Part shown: in pieces, positions 61,989-64,000 of the stretch
Position numbering within the stretch: position 1 is the stretch's first letter
Layout: every line of letters starts with the position of its first letter
DNA from: an uncultured Planctomycetaceae bacterium
Lineage (GTDB): Bacteria; Planctomycetota; Planctomycetia; Isosphaerales; Isosphaeraceae
Direction: 5' to 3'
DNA: 64,000 nucleotides
NCBI GenBank assembly: GCA_963833985.1
Contig: CAWIAD010000002.1
Coordinates: 5,440,001 to 5,504,000, forward strand
The notes under the pieces: generated by a model
Told to the model about the DNA's origin: nothing
The model's input: the letters and a program-made list of their open reading frames with translations, nothing else
Databases searched by the model: none
Program-made: the position numbers and the translations under genes

Positions 61989-63935
61989 TCAGCCCTGTGA
62001 GGGCGCAAAGGGAAGAGCAGGAAGCTCCACGCCGTCGAGGATCTGGCGCATGCGGTTCCAGCCATGGAGCGCATCCTGGTTCCCCGGGTCGAGCCGGAGC
62101 GCTTCGGCATACTCCCTGGCCGCTTCCGTGGTCTTGCCGGCCCGTGCCAGGACGTGCCCCAGATAGAGGTGTCCGAAGGGTGCTTTCGGCTGCCGCCGGA
62201 CGATCGCCGCATACTGTTCGGCCGCCTCGGAGTAGCGGCCGGCCTCGAAGAGGGCCTTGCCCAGCAGGCCACGCGTGGGGATGTACTCGGGCCATCGCCA
62301 GGCGGCCACGCGCAGGGCGGCAATTGCCTCGTCACGCCTGCCACGCTGCCGCAGCGCATGGGCCAGGTTGGCATGCGCCTCCTGGTAATCGGGGCGCAGC
62401 CAGACGGCGCGCCGCAGCTCGGGGATGGCACTATCGAGGTCGCCCTCGCTCGCCTGCCAGGCACCAAGGTTGTTGTGCAGGTCGGCAACCTCGGCGCTGC
62501 CGTGCGCGATGGCTTGCGTCCAGAGCGTGCTCGAGTCCGTCCACGTCTGGCACTGCCGCCAGCTCAGGAACATGAGTGCGGCGATCCACGCCAGACCAGC
62601 GCCCAGGCAAGCCACGCGCCGCAGGGCGTACTCGCGGCGCCGGACTGGAACCGGAGCTGGAGCCAAGCCAGCCAGCGGCACAAGACCCAGGCCGCCACGA
62701 CGGCCCAGGGCATCATCGCCAGGTAGCTGTAGCGGTCTCCGATCACTTGCCGGCCGTAGGTGACCAAGCCGGACATCGGTGCCAGCAGCAGAAGATACGC
62801 AAGCCAGGCCGCACACCGTCCCGGGTGAGAATGCCGGGCATGGCAAAACCAGACGCTCACGGCAACCACGCCGATCATGCTCCAGAGGTACGCGGGCTGG
62901 GACCAGTCGAGCGGTTCCGGCCGCATGGGAAAGGCGTGCAGGTCCGCGGGCCAGAGCGTCTTGGCCAGGTAAAACCAGACCGAGTGGCACGCCAGCGCGA
63001 ACCGGCCAGGCACGCCGGCCCCCTGGACACCCAGGCCCACCAGCGTCCGGTCCGCACGCTTGGCCAGCATGGCCAGCACGCCGGCAGCCAGGCACAGCAG
63101 GACGAAGGGGACCTTCTCCAGCAGGACTTGCCGGCGAGTCGCTCCAGAAGGCTTTCCGCTGCTTGAGCCAAATCGCCGGAGCGGATACCAGTCCAGCACC
63201 AGCAGTACGCCGGGCAAGGCGAGCGATGCGGCCTTGAACAGCAGTGATGCCGCGAACAGCCCGATGGAGGCCATGAGCCAGTGCGCGCGCGCTCGTGAAC
63301 TCGTGCTCTGAACCGTCTCCTGGGCGCGCAGGTAAGCCAGCACGCTGAGCATGGCGGTCAGGGCGCAGGGCAGGTAGGCTTGCCCGGAGGCCCAGGCCAC
63401 CGGCTCCACGCGCAGGGGATGAACGGCAAATAGGGCCGCGGCCAGGCCCGCCGCCACGAAGCGGTCGCGCGGGCTCGATGGCACAGGCGCAGTGCGCAGG
63501 CTCGTCCCGGGTCTGGCAACACTCCAGCAGCCGGGCCGTGAGCACGTACAGGACGACGGCGCACGCCGCATGCAGGAAAAGGCTGGTCAGGTGGTAGCCG
63601 CGCGGGTTCAGGCCGCAGAGGGCGTACTCCAGCTCCGCCAGCATCCAGCTCAGCGGCTGGTACACGCCCATCCACAGGGTGGTCCAGGCCCAGCCAATCT
63701 GCTTGAGCCCCAGGCCCTGGTAGGCCGGGTTGCCCGGGAAGTTGTCTTGATCGTCCCAGGCGACGAACCCGTGATCCAGGATTCCCGCGAAGGCCACGAA
63801 AGTGACCAGGGCCACCCGGAACGAGATGCGCCAGGCGAGCCCCCGGTCGTTCCCGGTGAGCGGGGACGAGTCATGGAGGGGAGAAGACTTCGCAGAAGCA
63901 GCGGTGGCCGGTTCGCACGCCAGGAAAGTGCTCAT
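61989..63935 (-). CDS. TMTC-like GT-C membrane protein with C-terminal TPRs (frameshifts near 63480 and 62640)
   Basis: FVAWDD, YQPL, YHLTS, FAVHPLRVEPVAW, DRYSYL, HNNLG and TPR repeats. Confidence 0.85.
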   Translation of the reverse strand: MSTFLACEPATAASAKSSPLHDSSPLTGNDRGLAWRISFRVALVTFVAFAGILDHGFVAWDDQDNFPGNPAYQGLGLKQIGWAWTTLWMGVYQPLSWMLAELEYALCGLNPRGYHLTSLFLHAACAVVLYVLTARLLECCQTRDEPAHCACAIEPARPLRGGGPGRGPICRSSPARGAGGLGLRASLPALRPDRHAQRAGLPARPGDGSEHEFTSARALAHGLHRAVRGITAVQGRIARLARRTAGAGLVSAPAIWLKQRKAFWSDSPASPAGEGPLRPAVPGCRRAGHAGQACGPDAGGPGCPGGRRAWPVRAGVPLGLVLPGQDALARGPARLSHAAGTARLVPARVPLEHDRRGCRERLVLPCPAFSPGTVCGLACVSSAAGTDVRLGHLRPASDRRPLQLPGDDALGRRGGLGLVPLAGLAPAPVPVRRREYALRRVACLGAGLAWIAALMFLSWRQCQTWTDSSTLWTQAIAHGSAEVADLHNNLGAWQASEGDLDSAIPELRRAVWLRPDYQEAHANLAHALRQRGRRDEAIAALRVAAWRWPEYIPTRGLLGKALFEAGRYSEAAEQYAAIVRRQPKAPFGHLYLGHVLARAGKTTEAAREYAEALRLDPGNQDALHGWNRMRQILDGVELPALPFAPSQG

Positions 63936-64000
63936 CGCGAGGCTGTCATCCTTGCAGGAGGCGGGATCGACCGGTGACTGCCCGATCGATCCTCTACCTC

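Noticed and set aside
61942..61996. 14-bp direct repeat aacagttcagccct
   Set aside because: Only two copies with no associated element; cannot be interpreted.

Overview
High-GC bacterial chromosomal segment, almost certainly a planctomycete (Isosphaeraceae-like). This rests on a DUF1559 prepilin-type gene start, a PSC/PSD cytochrome c + DUF1501 pair, three Ser/Thr kinases, three ECF sigma factors and zinc-ribbon proteins. Housekeeping and metabolic genes include hppA, ftsY, hemC, rlmN, ppk2, a ComF-family gene, a GH51 enzyme, an alkyl sulfatase and pbfA with a phnW remnant. About 22 single- or double-base frameshifts interrupt otherwise intact genes, including essential ftsY. Nearly all lie at GCGC, so I treat them as systematic sequencing errors (possibly from methylation) rather than pseudogenes. 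Highlights: (1) a hot spot inside a DUF6599-DUF362-polyferredoxin operon with three Uma2 nuclease genes, a DUF433/DUF5615 TA pair, two scars of lost Uma2 genes and duplicated host-gene ends, with no recombinase in the window; (2) a seven-gene cluster combining a membrane-anchored PspA/ESCRT-III-like coiled coil, an FHA protein, a kinase, an ECF sigma factor and a tandem zinc anti-sigma, with an internal ECF-type promoter; (3) a kinase-coupled ECF whose DAED motif reads EAES; (4) degenerate MurE-like and GH135-like proteins; (5) a MITE/REP composite. No rRNA, tRNA, CRISPR array or transposase was recognised. All calls come from motif recognition by eye, without database searches.
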